Shown: piece after piece, positions 21,516 to 35,700 of the stretch
Position numbering within the stretch: the first letter of the stretch is position 1
How the letters are laid out: each line of letters begins with the position of its first letter
Assembly: GCA_964187785.1 (NCBI GenBank)
Contig: OZ076409.1
Location: 2,854,001 to 2,918,000 of the forward strand
Length of the DNA: 64,000 bases
From: Amphiscolops sp. MND2022
Taxonomy: Eukaryota
Reading direction: 5' to 3'
Translations under genes and position numbers: made by a program
The notes under the pieces: generated by a model
The model's input: only the letters and a program-made list of their open reading frames with translations
Databases searched by the model: none
Told to the model about the DNA's origin: nothing

Positions 21516-23112
21516 TGTGGAATTTTTAGTTATTGGCGTATACGAAAACCCATTGTTTTTGCGCGAAGCACGTACCATCGACAGAACAATGTTAATTACG
21601 TTTTTAAACCGTCGTAATAGTGAAAACAGCTGAACAGGCTGACAATAGCATGCTTCGATATGGCCTATTTGGCAAACCAGGTATTTACTTAGTAAACGAA
21701 ACTTCTTAGGCAAAATTACCGAGCTACTGAGTGACGTCAGCGAATAAATTGTTCAAATCGGCTAAGTCAGAGTTGAAAATCTGAGAGCGAATTTTACTAA
21801 GTCCAACTTTCGAGCGAAAATAATCTTAGATACGCTAGGAAAGCCAATCATCAAATTTCTGCAATCCCCCCCAAACGGTTTTTCTCAAAGACTATTTATC
21901 GTAGCGACTTGAAATTTGGCACAAGTATAGCTGAGCTGTTATGCTATTGATCCATAAAAATGGAACTGAGCCGAGACCACCCACTCCCGGGATATTAGCA
22001 CCGGAAGTGACCTAGGTCGACCCCCCCATGAACTCGTCGGCGAGGCACGAAATAAGTCATATTATATATGGAACTGATAGTCCATAGGATATTAGGCCGT
22101 TTGCGTACATTGTTGGAACCCTACGACGCGCGTAGGAGGAGTATGGACCCTATGTAAATAAGCCGCGAATGTTATGTAAATAGCCACCGGATGACCCGAA
22201 GATTATGAAACTTACCCAAGATGTTCACATAGTAACCCTAGGTATAACACTTGAAAGATACATTAATCGATAATTAATATTAGAAACATATCGGGTGACT
22301 TGATTTATTATTGATAAGTGAACTTTGGACAACTATTGTTGAATTATTTGTCGGTGGCGGCAAAGAATGTTTAGCTGAAGTATAATTAGAAGCGACTGCC
22401 ATGTCATAAAAGGAATAGTCAACATGAAGGTAAACTCATGCAAATTTAAGACGCCGACGCCCTGTATATAACTAAAATGTCAAGTATGATAGAAAGTAAA
22501 GTTGAAACCACCCAAAATGCGGGCGATGAACTAATATAATTGAGTCGGAATTGCAATATACTTGAAAAGACAGAACCGAGTTAGAAAGCTAGAATTAAGT
22601 TGAGTCTTGCAAAGACAAGATACTTGTTCGGAATAACACTCGCGCTTCTCAACCAACTAAGAGAGCTAGAAGAAAGTTGAGTCTCGCGGAGACAAAGGAC
22701 ACTTCTAGATTACGTTGTCGCCAGTAGAAGAGATTAACTGACAATTCCGGGACCTGTGATTTTGGTTGAAGTTGGAGCTTCAACAAGATTGAAGTGCGCC
22801 TAACGCACCTGGTTGAATCGTGGATTCGATTGTTGTTGTACCCTTTTACTGAGAATTGTAGATAGTACTTGATGAATATTAGTTAGTTTGACTGATTGAA
22901 ATTACTTAGTGTTATTGTTTTCGTTAAAGAAGTAATTTTAATATTCCTTTACTCGAAGTTTTTGGAAGACGCGAGCCGATAGAGCAAATCTGGAAAGCGA
23001 AATAGACAGTAACTTCAAGAGAATTGGCTAACTCACTAAAACAACCTTTTTGTCCGTAAAGCTTCCAATCCGAGGTAAAACTCTCTCCGACCCCCGAATT
23101 GGATTTTTTACA
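21516..23112 (+). repeat. Element B 3' LTR (1597 bp)
   Basis: Copy of 14395-16466 with many substitutions; lacks ~490 bp equivalent to ~15150-15638. Confidence 0.93.
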
Positions 23113-23754
23113 TATAAGATGCATCCTAAATTTGGCGGTAATCCTGATAAGTTTGCAGGTTTCATTAAGACGCCGTTCTCTTTTTGAAAGCAGCTGAGAC
23201 TTTCATCAATTTTACCGCGATTTCATTGCAAATAAATTTCAGTCATTTTATAAGTTTCAAAGTAGCGTCATATTCAGCGCGCTATTTGACTAACGGTGAT
23301 TACATAAGATACTTATTTGAGAAACCTAAAGTGATCGCGGCGGTGAAGAAGTGGAAGTATTTTCAGTTTTAATTCAAATAGGAGGCTGCATTGTAATCCT
23401 ACAAAATGTTTCCATGCATGCTCCCGGAATTTCCCAAGTTTTTTTTCAAAAAATTAGCCTGCATGTTTCCCTGCAGCATGTAAAAAGTTCAAGCAATCTC
23501 GACCAGGGTGAAGTTACTTTGTATTAAAATGGCACTAAATTTGAGGAACTTTCAGCTGCATTTAAAATAGAGCTGACGTAGGTGTTAACTAGAATAACAC
23601 CTACATGAAATTGTCGCGAACATTTTGATATATCTTTCAAGCAGCTTGATAAGTCGAATCCAATAGGGAAGTATTTTGCGGGAAAATTTCCGTGAAAAAC
23701 ACAAACCTCGAAGAACATAATTTGAACAAGGATAAGAAGGTTTTGCACGCTTAC

Positions 23755-26700
23755 TTCAGGAACAAAAACTTGGACGAGCACGGGATCGAACCAGGGTACT
23801 TTGGTGTCGGAGGAGCTGAGAACGGAGACTGAAACCCGCACTGATGACTCCTTGGGCGGTCTTCCGTTGTCAGAGGCTGCCACTGAGAAAGAGTAGTTGA
23901 AGCCGGGTTGGAATGAAATGGAGATGTTGGGCGCTACTGTGATTAGGCCTTCGTTTGCGTCAATGTCGAACAGATCTAAAAAATAACAAGATGGCAACGT
24001 CTAAAATCGGAGTTTCATCTAAGGCTCAATAACATCCAATTTGTTGCAAAAAATTCTTGAAAATTCAAGAGAAGAGCTTTTGGAGACGCTAAAAAATTTT
24101 CGAAAAAGTCTCACAGAGCCGAACAAATTAAAAGGTGGGGCCCTTTAGTCTCGTCCGGTTTTGTATGTTACGTTTAAAAAGTGAAATTTGAAAAGGGGAC
24201 TCTGTGCAATAACTTAGATGCGTATTCCAGGTATTCGTTTAGTTGAACAAATGAACAAAAATTTCGTCGCATTCGAGTCTGTTTTTTAAAAAATAAAAAC
24301 GAGTGACTGTAATAGTCTGTTATTATATGGAAGCGCGGACTAAAAACAGAGAAAATGAAGTTCATAAAATACCAGCACGTAAAAATTCTGCCGAAATTTT
24401 CTATTTCAGACTTTGATATAGAGTGAGAAGTTTTGGATTCTGATACTTTTTGGTGAATGGTAGTGAACATTTCGTTTTCTACCAAATGCGATAATTTTCT
24501 GCAGTTCTGAACAAAATATGAAACACATTTTTAAATCTCAAGAAAACTAGAGAATACTTGCAATTGATGTCCTTCACAAAAGTTGAGCAAAGGTTAAAAG
24601 TTCGTTCACAAGTCTGGCTTTACGTCAAACTTTTTGTCTTGTGTGTTGGAGACTCAGTGAGTTAGTTTCAAGCGCGATCATTTTCTCAAAATTTTGTTAC
24701 TCAAATTTCTTAGAGCAGCCGGAAACATTTACAACGAAGCCTTTGATATCTGAAATCAACAGCTACCCATGTTGAGTTTTCCTTCTGAATCTGTACAGAT
24801 CTATGAGTTTTATTCCCTTGAGAATCTGTGAGGATCGTGCCACTGATCTGTAACAGCTGATCTGCAAGGATCTTTACAGATGTTCAAAGATTCTCTTTTA
24901 CAGATCTTTATAGAATTTCGGGAGCTTCTAGGGAACCATTGTACTGCGTTGTTGGACTTTTTCAACTACTTTAACAAGTATTTTAGCTGACCAAGGCACG
25001 CATTGAGTAGCTTTGGTAATTGCTGGTAACTCGGAATACGTTATAGTAATTTATTGGTCTTTTTTCAAAACAGAAACTTTTTCAAAACTTCACTTCAGTT
25101 ATTCAAAAAATGTACATTTCGAAACTGTATGTACGACTTGCTAAATTTGGACAAATCCTGGAATATCTGTCAGGATCTGTACAGATCTGTACAGATTCGC
25201 AGGGCGTATTCAACATGGGTTTATTTATACAGTAGAGGGTACAAAACAAAATGTGTCTGAACAAAACAAACCTGATTCATCATCCAGAATTCGGTACCGG
25301 ATTTGGCCAAAATATCCAGGGTCCTTGTCCACTGCAAAAACTTGGACCACGAAGTCGCCTCTGCGGGTCGTGTCGGGCAGAGTGACGTCATATCTATCTT
25401 TCACGAACTGCGGAGCCGAGTTCGGCTCGTCAAAAACGACAATGTCAATGTCTGTTTTGATTGGTGGATTCTTATCGGATGCGTCTGTAACCTAGTAACA
25501 ATTTCACGAGTTTCAAGCTCAAATGACCTTAATGAGTGCATTAGCTATTCACTAACGTTTTGTAACTTTTTCTCACGTTAGAAAAATGCATTTTCTTTCT
25601 CGTAACCACAGAACTATCGTTAGCTATAGCTCAAAAATCTATTTCAGGAGCCAGAATACGTTATCGTAATTTTTCGCACATTTATGCATGCAAATTTATT
25701 TCAGCGGTTTGAAGCATTTTGAATATGAAAACGAGTAGAAATACTCGTTGTTGGGTGAAATTAGCCTTAAGACTGAGTCCCGGTTGCTCGTACCGAAGGA
25801 ATAGTGTTTATTGTTAATAATCATACAATTTTGTCCATCGTGATAATATACGAACTTGGGATAATGGTACTTCTTAGTAAGGTCTTGATAAGAATCTTCC
25901 CATGGAATCCATGGTTGCCAAGATGTAGTTAGATCTTGCCAAGACAGCCAAGGTGCTAGTAAGAGGGTCAATCTGGGTAATTTGCGAAATTTCATTCTAT
26001 TGAATGGAACTTCCCTGGAACTAATAACATACAGTATGGAAAAAGGAAAAGATCGTTTGCAGATGCATATATAAATATCAAATTAGATAAACAACAAAAA
26101 ACAGTGGTGGACCTCCACTAAAACATCTAAAAAGGACAGAGATGGTACAGATCTTCGAGTCTCAGCCCGGGAAAATCATTATTGCAGCAATCTATTTTTA
26201 TTTTTATCAGTGTCGGCTATTACGCCTATCCTGATTTACTGGAAGAAACAATTACATAGTATGTGTAACGGCAAGCGCTGAGCGTTTGTTACGCGACAGT
26301 AGAATGGACGGACTGGTACCATGGATATAGGCCGGAACAAACCACCATGATGTCAGCTCACTTTGTCCTCCTAAGGATAGCCGGTCCCGAGGAAGGGGAA
26401 GTGTCTTAATGGACGCTCTCTTGTCTGATACCAGTCTGTCACTGCTAAGAATCGCGGGCATTGTACTAGGATTTGCAACCACCGCGTATATAACTCATAA
26501 AAACAGTTTGTTTGTTGACAACTGACTTTTTTCCAGAGGGTATCTTTCCATATATAATTGTAAATGGTGATATGATAAAAGTAGCCATCGTGCATATTTC
26601 AATCTAAATACATAATACAACACACAAAATTAAGATAATTGAGTCCAGCTCTGCAAAATTGTGGATATTGGGTGGTGTCGTGGCACCAGCGCTCGAGCTG

Positions 26701-29700
26701 GACAAAACCCCGGGCACGAGCAGGTTCGTTAAGCAGTCATCGGAAATGTCACAGCCCGCTCCCGGTCTGGCTTGTGGTTGCCGACGGCTGAAGATAGGGA
26801 GAGGACATGGAAGCAATCTGAGATTCCCCAAATCTTATTTTAACTGGTAACTCTAAAACTTTATCTTTGAAATAAACTGTGACTAGAAATGTGAAAATAA
26901 ATCTAACCCGCGCAAACTTCAACTGGAAATGAAAACAGAGAACAAAATGAACCAAAATGATTTCACGCATTTCCGGTAAGACGTATTTGTCACGTCAAAA
27001 TAGCAACATTCGCCACCTGGAAACTAAATTGAATTACATTCTAAAACAAAGAAAGCATGGTCTAATCCAAATGAAAACGTAGTCAAAATCATCTCCCAAA
27101 AGAACATTAATCAGATCTAAAATAGAAAATACACTGAGATGGCACACCGATTGGTTTAAGCCTTTTTCTTAGAAAGGCAGCTTAATTACTCTTTGAACAG
27201 CAATTAAAGTGGTTTAGGACGTCAATACTGCGCTGAGTAAACAAAGCGGCAAAAGAAATAAGAATACATGTATATTTGTCGTCAGTAGGACGTAGACAAG
27301 TTTGAAGGCATACCAATTGACGTCACTGCCTCGCATACGCGTACCAGCAAATCATTCCAATTATCCGCCTATACTAATAACATTGCTAGGAATCATTCCA
27401 ATTTACCGCCACTGTGACGTCACTGCACCGGCAGCTAGCGAGAGACTCATTTCTAAAATACTCGTCAGCATTGCGTCAGACTAGTCAAAATCTCTATTCT
27501 GCCAAGAAAACTCGTCAACATGACGTTGACAAGTTTATGAAGCTTAAATTCTGCCAAGAAAACTCGTCAACATGACGTTGACAAGTTTATGAGATTGAGC
27601 AAAATGGATGAATTTGCAAGATCAGTTAAGGTTTCATCGCACTAAAGTTGCTATCATGCTAAAAGAAAATGATTGCAGACTATTTCAATTCGTAAAACAA
27701 GTGTAGATGCGGTATTCCCTATAACTTAAAGTACCAACTTAAAGTAGTTTCGACACATATAGGATAATTTAATTCCACGATAATTGATCGTCTCGCAGTT
27801 ATCAACATCGGGGAATTTCCATTACATAAACCATTTTTCCTCTATAGGAGTTCATAGTAAAATAATCAGAAAGTCACAGTTTATGCTTTCAACTAAAGTA
27901 TATTTTGTACTGAAAATGTATTTTCATATACTTCGCATTTTTGTACTCTATGATATTGAACGCTACATTTATGACCAAGGTCATACTGTTCATACTAATT
28001 CAGTTGTTGTTATCCATTAAATGCGTTACGTTGGCGTTGCTATTTAACAAACGTTGCTGTTAATTTCGTAAAACTTGTCGCAGTTGTCACGACTTGACAA
28101 ATTTACTAATGGTGCATTATTTTAATATCATGTTTTTTAATTAAATTTCCAACGAAAAGATGAGTCCGAATTCATAAATTATCGTCTTAGCATCGTTCAA
28201 ATAATCACGCTTCGGAATTAGTCATAGCATTTTGATCAAGCCGAAATTCAAAATCAGGTATTTGTTGTTCACGTCAGCGTCATCACAGCGTCAATTTCCC
28301 GCGAACCAAAGCAGTAAAACAGGGAAGCATTTCCGGTTTGACAGACTGAAGTAATATCTACTTCCTGCTTGGGAGGAAGCAAAAGGACGCCGGGATGAAA
28401 TGAAATGATCATGTTTGATGACTAATGCTAGTTTAAAATTGTCGTGTCTTAAAAATCGACGAAATTTCGACGCAAATTTGGGAACTTCGTGATTTTTTCA
28501 TCGATAAAACAGGAAATGACTAATTGTTCGAGGGAAATTTGGGATTATAGTCGTGATCAAATGATGGTGGGATGGTATAAATATAATAGGATTTGATGAT
28601 TAAGGGACTCAGTCTTTTGCTAGTGCTACAAACTATTTTCGTTCTTCTAACCCTGTTGAAAATCAGAAAGTGAAAATTGAATTCTTCAAGAATAAATCTT
28701 TCTTCAACAATATGTCTACAACACGAAGCCAAAAGAGAAAGAATACCCAGCGAGAAGTTGATGATAACGTAAGTGAAGGTTTTGTATCACCAATAAATAT
28801 GGAGAACTCTTGCCTTTTAGATCAAAACGTAGAATTAGCGGGTCCTTCAAGACCCAAGTCCCCGAGGGTAGAAAATAGCTTCTTGGAAAGCATAAGATCC
28901 TCTCTGAATGAAGAAATAACGTCCGAGATTAGGGCTCTTTTACTCGAGTCTCAAAAGGAAATGTTGAAACTCTTGAGATCTGAAACGAAAGAAAACGCAA
29001 GAGATGAAGCATCAGAAGAGCTAGGAAATGAAACGCGAAACCTCTATACTCCGACGAAAACAGTGCGAATTAATCCTACCCAAAACGAAGATCCTAGTAT
29101 ATTTCGTAACATGGTGACAGGAGTTTTAAACGACTCCACCAATCAACCCAAGAGAGCGAAGGTCCGATCCCAAAGCCAACCTCCATCAAAAGAACGCCCA
29201 ATAGCAGCGCGAACTTTGTTCGCCCCAGACAAAACTAGCGCCACAACATTACCCATGCCAAAAGCTCTAACAGCGTCACTCCCAACTTTTGACGGGAAAT
29301 CCGAAAAACTTGAGCTTTTCGAAGACCTCTTTAGGAACAACATCAAGATGTATCCACACCTTACAGAACTACAGAAGATAAACTACTTCCACTCCCTACT
29401 TAGAGGAGACGCCCTGCAAGCCTTTTGCAACATCGAAGACTCCAAGAAAGACTCACTAGACGACATCATGACGAAATTCAAACGACGATTTGGGGACTAC
29501 CTGTCAATGGCAAAGGCTAGATGTGAATGGGACGCGCTAAAATTTGATCCCTCGACACAAAAACTCCACGAATTTCTGGATGTACTCCAGAAAACCGCAA
29601 AAGAAGCTTTTGGATCAGAAGCGCAACAATTCATAGACAAGGCTATATACGCCAAAGTGCCAGACCATGTCAAGAAAATACTAAATCGCGCATATCTCGA

Positions 29701-32700
29701 AGACAAACCCTACAACGACATAGTACTTCATCTGGAACGGGAAATGCGTCTCAATGGACTAGGAGCACCAGACGAGGTAACGTTAGTACCCCTGAACAAA
29801 ATCGAACTTGCTCAAGCAAAAACTGAGCCTAAACCAGCCGAAAACACCGCTCAGACCACCAAAAAAGGGTACTGCTTTTACTGTAATAAATTCGGACATT
29901 ATAAAGCTGAATGCCGAAAAATGAAAAGGGACAAATGGATGCAAACCCGCAGAAACAACGGGCCGAGCAACCACAGTGCAGGCAAACCACCCAAATGCGA
30001 CACCTGCGGCAAACCACACAAAACAGAAGACTGTTGGAATGGAGCCAATGCTGCCAAGGATCCACGACCCAAGCGCCACAACACACAAGAACGTAAGATG
30101 GACACCTCTGCCACACAACCAATGAACCAACAAGAAGATGAATCAAAAAACTAATTACGCCGCGCCTGCGCTTTGGGGAAACAGTAGACGCGAGGGCGTA
30201 TTCACCAGAAGACCCCTCTACCATATACACAACCGATACAACAACAAGATGCACTGACACTCCAACAGAAAATTGGCTGAGACAACAAGCCATCGCCTCC
30301 ATTAAGAGACCACCACCAGAAAAAGGCCAGGAAACAACATTCCCCCAAGATCAAGATTACAGAAGCTGTCATCAAAATCACACAAACCCATTTTCTCAGC
30401 CAACCACCAACACCAAGGAACTCTCTACTACAACTCAAACAGACAACAATGAAAACGCCCCCGACGACAACCCCACGTCACAAACGACCGAGGAAGTTAC
30501 GCACAAAACCACCATGACATCTGCCTTCCCCATCGCACTCAACTCAATCAAAGAGTACATAACTGAAAGAGACGGAGATACCTACATACCTCTCCACTCA
30601 ACAATAGTCCTCAAGAACAGAAGACGAATGCTTTACTTGCCACTGGAATTTGGAGAACTAACAATGGACGGCCTCGTCGACTCAGGAGCGTTCATCAATG
30701 CCATGTCATGGTCTGATTACAACGCCATTAAAATGAACAGCGATAATTGCGTCATAAAGGAGTACCCACAACCTCCCTTCAAAATTGAATGTGCAAACGC
30801 GCAACTAGAACAACCTATCGCCACAGCCGATATCCAATTCAATATAGGAACATACACGTTCACTGACACCTTTGTCATACTATCAAAGACCTCATTCCCC
30901 ATAATTGGACTGAACTTCATGAGAAATCACCGAGCAGTGATAGATACAGCCAATGGGACCATCACCCTTCCCTCATGTCGAAATGACATTAGCCATGACA
31001 GATGAAAAGAAAAACTGTAACCCCAAACCACTCCAAATCATGGCTGAAGGGAACCAGACACTGCCTCCACAACAAACAACAACCGTAAATGCAATAGTCA
31101 TAACTACAAATGCAATCGACATCACAGGAGCAGTACAACCGCTACCACAGTTTGACGAAACAGCCACCATCATCGTCGCACCAGCACTAGCCACAGCTCA
31201 CAACAAACGAATCAATTTACGAATAGCCAACTTGACAGATTTCCCTCATACCATAGAAAATCACACCAAATTGGCAGAATTGCAAATCTTGCGGCCAGAG
31301 GACACCAAACAGATACAACCCATAGACGTCGCAACGCTAACCACCCTACAAGATCCAGATGACACACATATGTATGTGAATGAGCTTATGAAATCCACAA
31401 ACAATGAACAAAATGACCAAAACCTCTGGTTCCCAACGCCTGAAAACCCAGGGAACGAGGATGAACACACGCCAATACAAAAGCGAATATTAAAAGAAAT
31501 TAGAGAACTCATCAAGAAAGAACAACTCGACCCCACCAAAGATTCAGATTCAAGAAAAGAGTTTCTCGACATGTTCAAATGGGAAGGATCACAAATTGAA
31601 GGCAATGATAAGAAACAATTAGAACAAACAATAGTTGAATACAATGACATCTTTGCACGTCACAGACTCGACATTGGCATCAATAACAGTTTCAAAGTGA
31701 AGCTGACGCCAAAAGACGAACGCCCCATATACACGCAGAGCCTACCAGTACCGATTAACCTCAAAGAAGACCTAACAGTTGAACTGGCCCTCATGCATAG
31801 GTACGGCATAATAACAACACTACCATTTTCGAAATATGCCAGTCCAATTTTCGCACAACGTAAACCAAATGGTAAACTACGTCTACTCGTCGACCTACGA
31901 AAAATCAATGCACTGATATCCGACGACTATATCAACAATAACCACCCAGTCAGTACCCTGTCGGACGCAGCCCAACACTTAGCCGGGAAAAAGCTGTTCT
32001 GTAAATTAGATTGCTCCCAAGCATACCACTGTCTACAAATGGCAGACCAGAGATCAATCGAAATGCTAGCGTTCAACTTCGCAAGCAGAACGTTCGCCTA
32101 CAAACGACTAGCACAAGGACTGAGTAGAGCTTTATCAGCATTCTCTAGTTTCATGAGAGAATATTTAGACAAAGTAACCAAGGCTGATCAGTGCGCGCAA
32201 TACGTAGATAACATCGGAATAGCTGCAAACTCCGTGACGCAACTGATACGGAACATTCGAGCTGTCTTCGAATGCATCAGACAAGCAGGACTCAAACTAT
32301 CCATCGACAAATGCCACTTTGGAGTGACCGAGGTCGAATTCCTTGGAAGAACGATCACCCCACAAGGAATCGCCCCCCAAGACCACAAAATCCAGAAATT
32401 CTTAGCAAACGTACGATTCCCGAAATCAAAGAAACAAGTACAGAGATACATAGGCTTTGTCAACTACTACCGCAACTATATCCCGAGGTTGTCTGAGAAG
32501 CTACTCGGTTTCTACGAACTACTGAAAGCTGACAAACAAATCAAAGTCACAGAAGATCTGTTGGATCACTACAAAGCGATCAACGCAGCGCTAGCGGAAG
32601 CATGTGGACTAGCCCTCAAACAACCAATCACAGGACGACAATACGTCCTAATGACGGATGCTAGTTTTCGTGATTCAGGATACGCGTTAATGATCGAAGA

Positions 32701-35700
32701 AGAAAACGACAAAAAACTCAATTCCAAAAAGAAAACTTTTGCGCCTGTAGCATTTGGATCAAAAGTATTTTCACCAGCACAACTGAAGATGTCAATCTAT
32801 TGCAAAGAATTTCTGGCAATCTACCATGCGTTCCTAGAATACAGCCACATTTTGTGGGAAACAACCCTACCAACTCTCGTAATGACAGACAACAGATCAG
32901 TAACGAGGTTCTTCCAAACAAAAGCGATTCCCCCCACGCTATGGAATGCATGTGACTATGTTGCAGATGAAGAACAACTCTTTTTCCTCCCAGAGGAAAC
33001 GATTGAAACAGAAGAGGAAATCCTCCTACAAAAAGAACAAGCAAGACAAAATGCACGAGACGAGGAGACGACGAAAATAAAGTTGTCAATAAAAGAAACA
33101 ACCCCAATCCCAATAAACAAGGCATCATACACCTTTGGAGCAATCAAAGAAGATGCACGCATTAGAGTTGAACAAGATTCAGATCTAGTTTTCAAAGCAA
33201 TCAAAAGAAAACTGATCTGTGAAGAATACGACAAACACCTCTTACAAACAGATCTGAAAGCCAAACGCCTCTTAGTTCACGAAAATAGACTCATCGTCAA
33301 AGACGGAGTACTAATGCGCAAATACTACGGAGAATGCGGTCAAGTTACAAACAACCAAATATTAATCCCCGAACACCTGATTACAGAACTTCTGAAAGCA
33401 ATCCATGGACAAATGGGAAAACACCCAGGAATCACAAAAATGATCCAAGAATGCCGATCAAAGTACTACTACCCTGGCTTAGCAAAAAGAATCAGACAGT
33501 GGATAATGCAATGCGAAGATTGCATCAAATACAAAAGAATCAACAATAGCCAAATCCGACCGAAGTTGATCAACAACACAGAACACGTATTAGGACCAGA
33601 AGATATACTCGAAATCGACATACTGCCAAACCTACCAAACTCTGCAGGATACCAGAACTTTGTCACAATGATCGATGTATTCTCACGTTACCTATTCGCA
33701 TACCCGACGCAGAATGCCACTGCAAAAACAATCGGACAATGCATCGTCGACGTCATGACCAGACATGCATATCTGCCAACTTTAATTTTGTCAGACAAAG
33801 GCTCACAAATCAGATCAGAAGTCGTCGCAGAAATAACGCAAATCCTTGAAATTCAAATCAGCCATGCGTCCACAAAACATGCACAAACAATCGGAATTTT
33901 GGAAAGGACACACGCCTCAATCAAGACCGCACTCAAAATATCAACGGGTGGAAGACGTTCAATGTGGCACAAATACGTCCAAATCGCAGTCATGAATTAC
34001 AATACGACGTACCACGAAACCTTAGGATGTGAACCATCTACAGTATTCCACGGACGTATACCCTACAATGTTCTTGATTTAAAATTAGGCATCAAGCCAA
34101 AGTGGAAAACAATGCCCAACTCGGACATAGCAGAGCAACTACAAAAGCAAATTGACGAAGTGCGGGCGACAGCGAAAGACAACATCATGCTGTCTTACCT
34201 CAAATACAAAAAATATTACGATCGCAAAGCGTCAGCAGCTCCGCTCAAAGTAAACGACTACTGCTATATCCTCAACCCAAAAGCCGACAACCAGTCGACA
34301 AAGTTTGCGTTTCAAGATTGCATCTGGACAGGACCGTATATTGTGATAAAAATACTATCCAACAACAACTATACAATACGAAGACTTGGCACACGATACA
34401 CACAAACATTACATAGGATCAGAGTACGCCCTTACGTGCCAGAGCAACGACTGCCTGACGTCACAGTACGTACAAATGACTACCTTCCTGATCCGAACGT
34501 CAAAGTGTCACACAATGAGTGGTACGCGGTATCGTGGGAAATGGATTTCGGAAAACAGATTGACGAACACGAAACATTAAAAAGTACAGAAAACAATCGA
34601 CACACAGAAATACAAGAAATGACAAATACGAACGACGAAGACACGACGTCTCAAATGCCAAGGAACCAAACTGATGACACAAATGACGAGGCGCCGCCGT
34701 CTCCGGATTTTTCAAATCTTACTACAGACGTGGGGGATAAACCATACATACGACGCCCCCCACCCATTGAAAGTCCACCTATTCCCCCAAGATCACCGCC
34801 TACAACTATCGGATATAACCCGAGAAAAACAGCAAAGTATAACCTGAGACCTAATCCTAAGCCTAATGCAAATCCTGAGTTTCGACGACTTGACGCTATA
34901 ACTACAACTTACTAAATGAAAAGACAGTATCAGTAGTCCAAACCGAACCGGTCTGACGATTTTCAATTGTAGGCATACTACGGCCTGAACGAATATTTTT
35001 TTCTCTACCTTTTTCTTTTCAACTGCAGCATTTGGAATATCATCCACGCCAGAATAATACAAAGATACAAAAGAAAGCAACAATTAATACAATCTACATT
35101 ACAACGTCACAACAAAGCAAGAGTACTACAATAAACATGGAAACTGTCTTAAAATAAAAGTCACTATTTCTTCGAGCTAGATTCACCACTTTTACTGGCA
35201 GACCTTTTGGACTTCTTCTTGACCACCTTCACAGGCTCCGGTACGACTTCGAAACCACCACGAGAAGCATCTTTCTTTCGCCCAAGCAAAGACGCCAGGC
35301 TACTGTGAACACGCGTCTTACTCCGCCTAAATGAACTGGTATCACTTGAACTAAGCATAGGAGGGAGAGACGCAGCTGACGCAACACTATCTGACAATAC
35401 ATTTTCATCGCCACCAGAACGCAAACCTGGGTTCAAAACATCAGGAGCGCAGGTCTGTTGTGAAACCTCACCCCTTTTCCGGTCGACCCGAGTTTTAAAA
35501 AGACCAGTATAACGCTTCACAAAAGCAGCCTGACCTTCACTGCAAATGCCAGTCCAGGGCATTTGTCATAAAAGACTGCGAAGCATCAATTGCATCACGA
35601 ACTTCTTTCATTGTAAACTTGGTAAAAAATGAACTCAGTTTAAAATCAGAAGCAGAAACACAACTTTGCACACCACTAAAACAGGAAGCTATCACCCACT

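Larger units (their letters stand above)
14395..23112 (+). mobile_element. Element B: non-autonomous/decayed LTR retrotransposon, 8.7 kb
   Basis: TG...CA direct repeats; 5-bp TSD TATAA (14390-14394, 23113-23117); PBS and PPT present; no recognisable RT. Confidence 0.92.

Noticed and set aside
23524..23997. 157-aa ORF as a complete protein
   Set aside because: Only 23755-23975 is cadherin-like and bounded by splice sites; the rest is intron read-through.
28150..28180. GATGAGTCCGAA resembling a hammerhead ribozyme core
   Set aside because: Lacks the CTGA start and a pairing stem II followed by GAAA.
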